DNA of 63,997 nucleotides, counting the filler, from Hyphochytrium catenoides (lineage: Eukaryota; Protista; Hyphochytriomycota), in the NCBI GenBank assembly GCA_900088475.1. It is 6 parts of 6 records of this genome, joined end to end, with 100 filler letters (N's around TTAATTAATTAA, not from the genome) between each part and the next. Parts side by side here need not be neighbours in the genome. Positions count along the whole stretch, not along the records: positions 62,987 to 63,997 come from FLMG01002445.1; 5 more parts are not named here. One strand, 5' to 3'. Below the pieces are notes generated by a model. It saw only the letters and a list, made by a program, of their open reading frames with translations, made no database searches and was not told the DNA's origin. Position 1 is the stretch's first letter, and each line of letters starts with the position of its first letter. This document shows positions 63,290 to 63,997 of the stretch, one piece after another. The position numbers and the translations under genes are program-made.

Positions 63290-63997
63290 GAGTGAGAGTG
63301 AAAGAGAGGACTGAGAGAGAGAATGAGACAGAGAGAAAGAGAGAGAGAGAGAAAAAAAAAAGCATAAGTAAGAAGGAGAAGAAGATCAAGAATAGAAAGC
63401 GAAGCGAAACTAATAGGGAGAGACGACCGAAGAGGCGGATAGGGAAAAGACAAGCAGTGCTTAAGGAGGAACGAGGAAGGGAGAAGGACAGAAGAAGGGA
63501 CATGGACAGCGACAAGTCTCTATCTCTTCGCACCCGAGGGTCGCTTATACCTTGGTCTCTATGGAGTGGATAGACCTTCTCTCGTGGCATCTTGTGCCTA
63601 CCTTACGGCGAATAGCGCTAATGACTCTTCTGCCGCTTGATGACCTTCTTCTTCCGTAGCTTCGTAAACCAGCGCTTTGATGCAGATCCGAAGCGATGGA
63701 GAATGATCTCAGGTAAGGTCCGATGAAGAAGTTGCTAGGGTCTGAAGAGAAAAGGACAGGGTTGATCCGCGGAGAAACTATTGTCGAGGCAGAGTAACAT
63801 AGCTTGGGATAGCTTAGGAGGAGTGGACGTTCTTGCGCCGGCCACGTACCCTTTGAAAGGACGGAGGAGTGCAAGAGAGACGGGACAGGGGGAGAGAGAG
63901 TGAAAGAGAGAGAGGAGAAATGAGGGAAAGATTGATGTCTCACTTGCTTTCCCAGCCATTGCTTTGGACCTTTCCACGTTGCTAGAAGTCCTCTCCC
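63058..63997 (+). CDS. RUS1/DUF647 (root UVB sensitive, RUSF1-family) protein, internal exons only
   Basis: Exons 63058-63181, 63660-63712 and 63956-end give [72 protein letters not shown]. Confidence 0.88.

Noticed and set aside
15053-63590. Many SLSLSL/ERERER ORFs in the ORF track
   Set aside because: They are translations of AG/CT microsatellites in introns and intergenic DNA.

Overview
Eukaryotic nuclear DNA from an intron-rich protist, most plausibly a stramenopile (inferred from the oomycete-style PDZ gene, short GT-AG introns with CTAA[CT] branch sites and a TTAGGG telomere). The window is not one contiguous locus: five 100-nt gaps contain a TTAATTAATTAA six-frame-stop linker and join separate contigs. 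Contig 1 (1-24391) is gene-dense. It holds the right end of a hAT-like transposon, a tandem-PDZ gene, a SELENOF/Sep15 homolog lacking its CxU/CxC redox motif, a RAD18-like E3 ligase, an LRR/coiled-coil gene, a UBE2G1/UBC7 E2, an SFI1-like centrin-binding repeat gene and an FHA-RING (CHFR/RNF8/Dma1-like) E3 cut by the gap. The next contig opens with a decayed Copia nest containing two copies of a tRNA-like module, one split by a solo LTR with a perfect 5-bp TSD. It continues with coiled-coil and CSTF_C-like-tail genes, a membrane-anchored PEBP, a spliced Sola3-like transposase derivative and a Q-rich gene. The short final contigs carry an ASRGL1-type asparaginase invaded by AG microsatellites, a telomere-start contig and a RUS1/DUF647 gene fragment. 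I see no unambiguous new multi-gene system. The best leads are the redox-dead Sep15, the tRNA-like module associated with Copia, the core-less Sola3-like gene and the UBZ-to-NZF swap in RAD18. Family assignments are from remembered motifs, not database searches.
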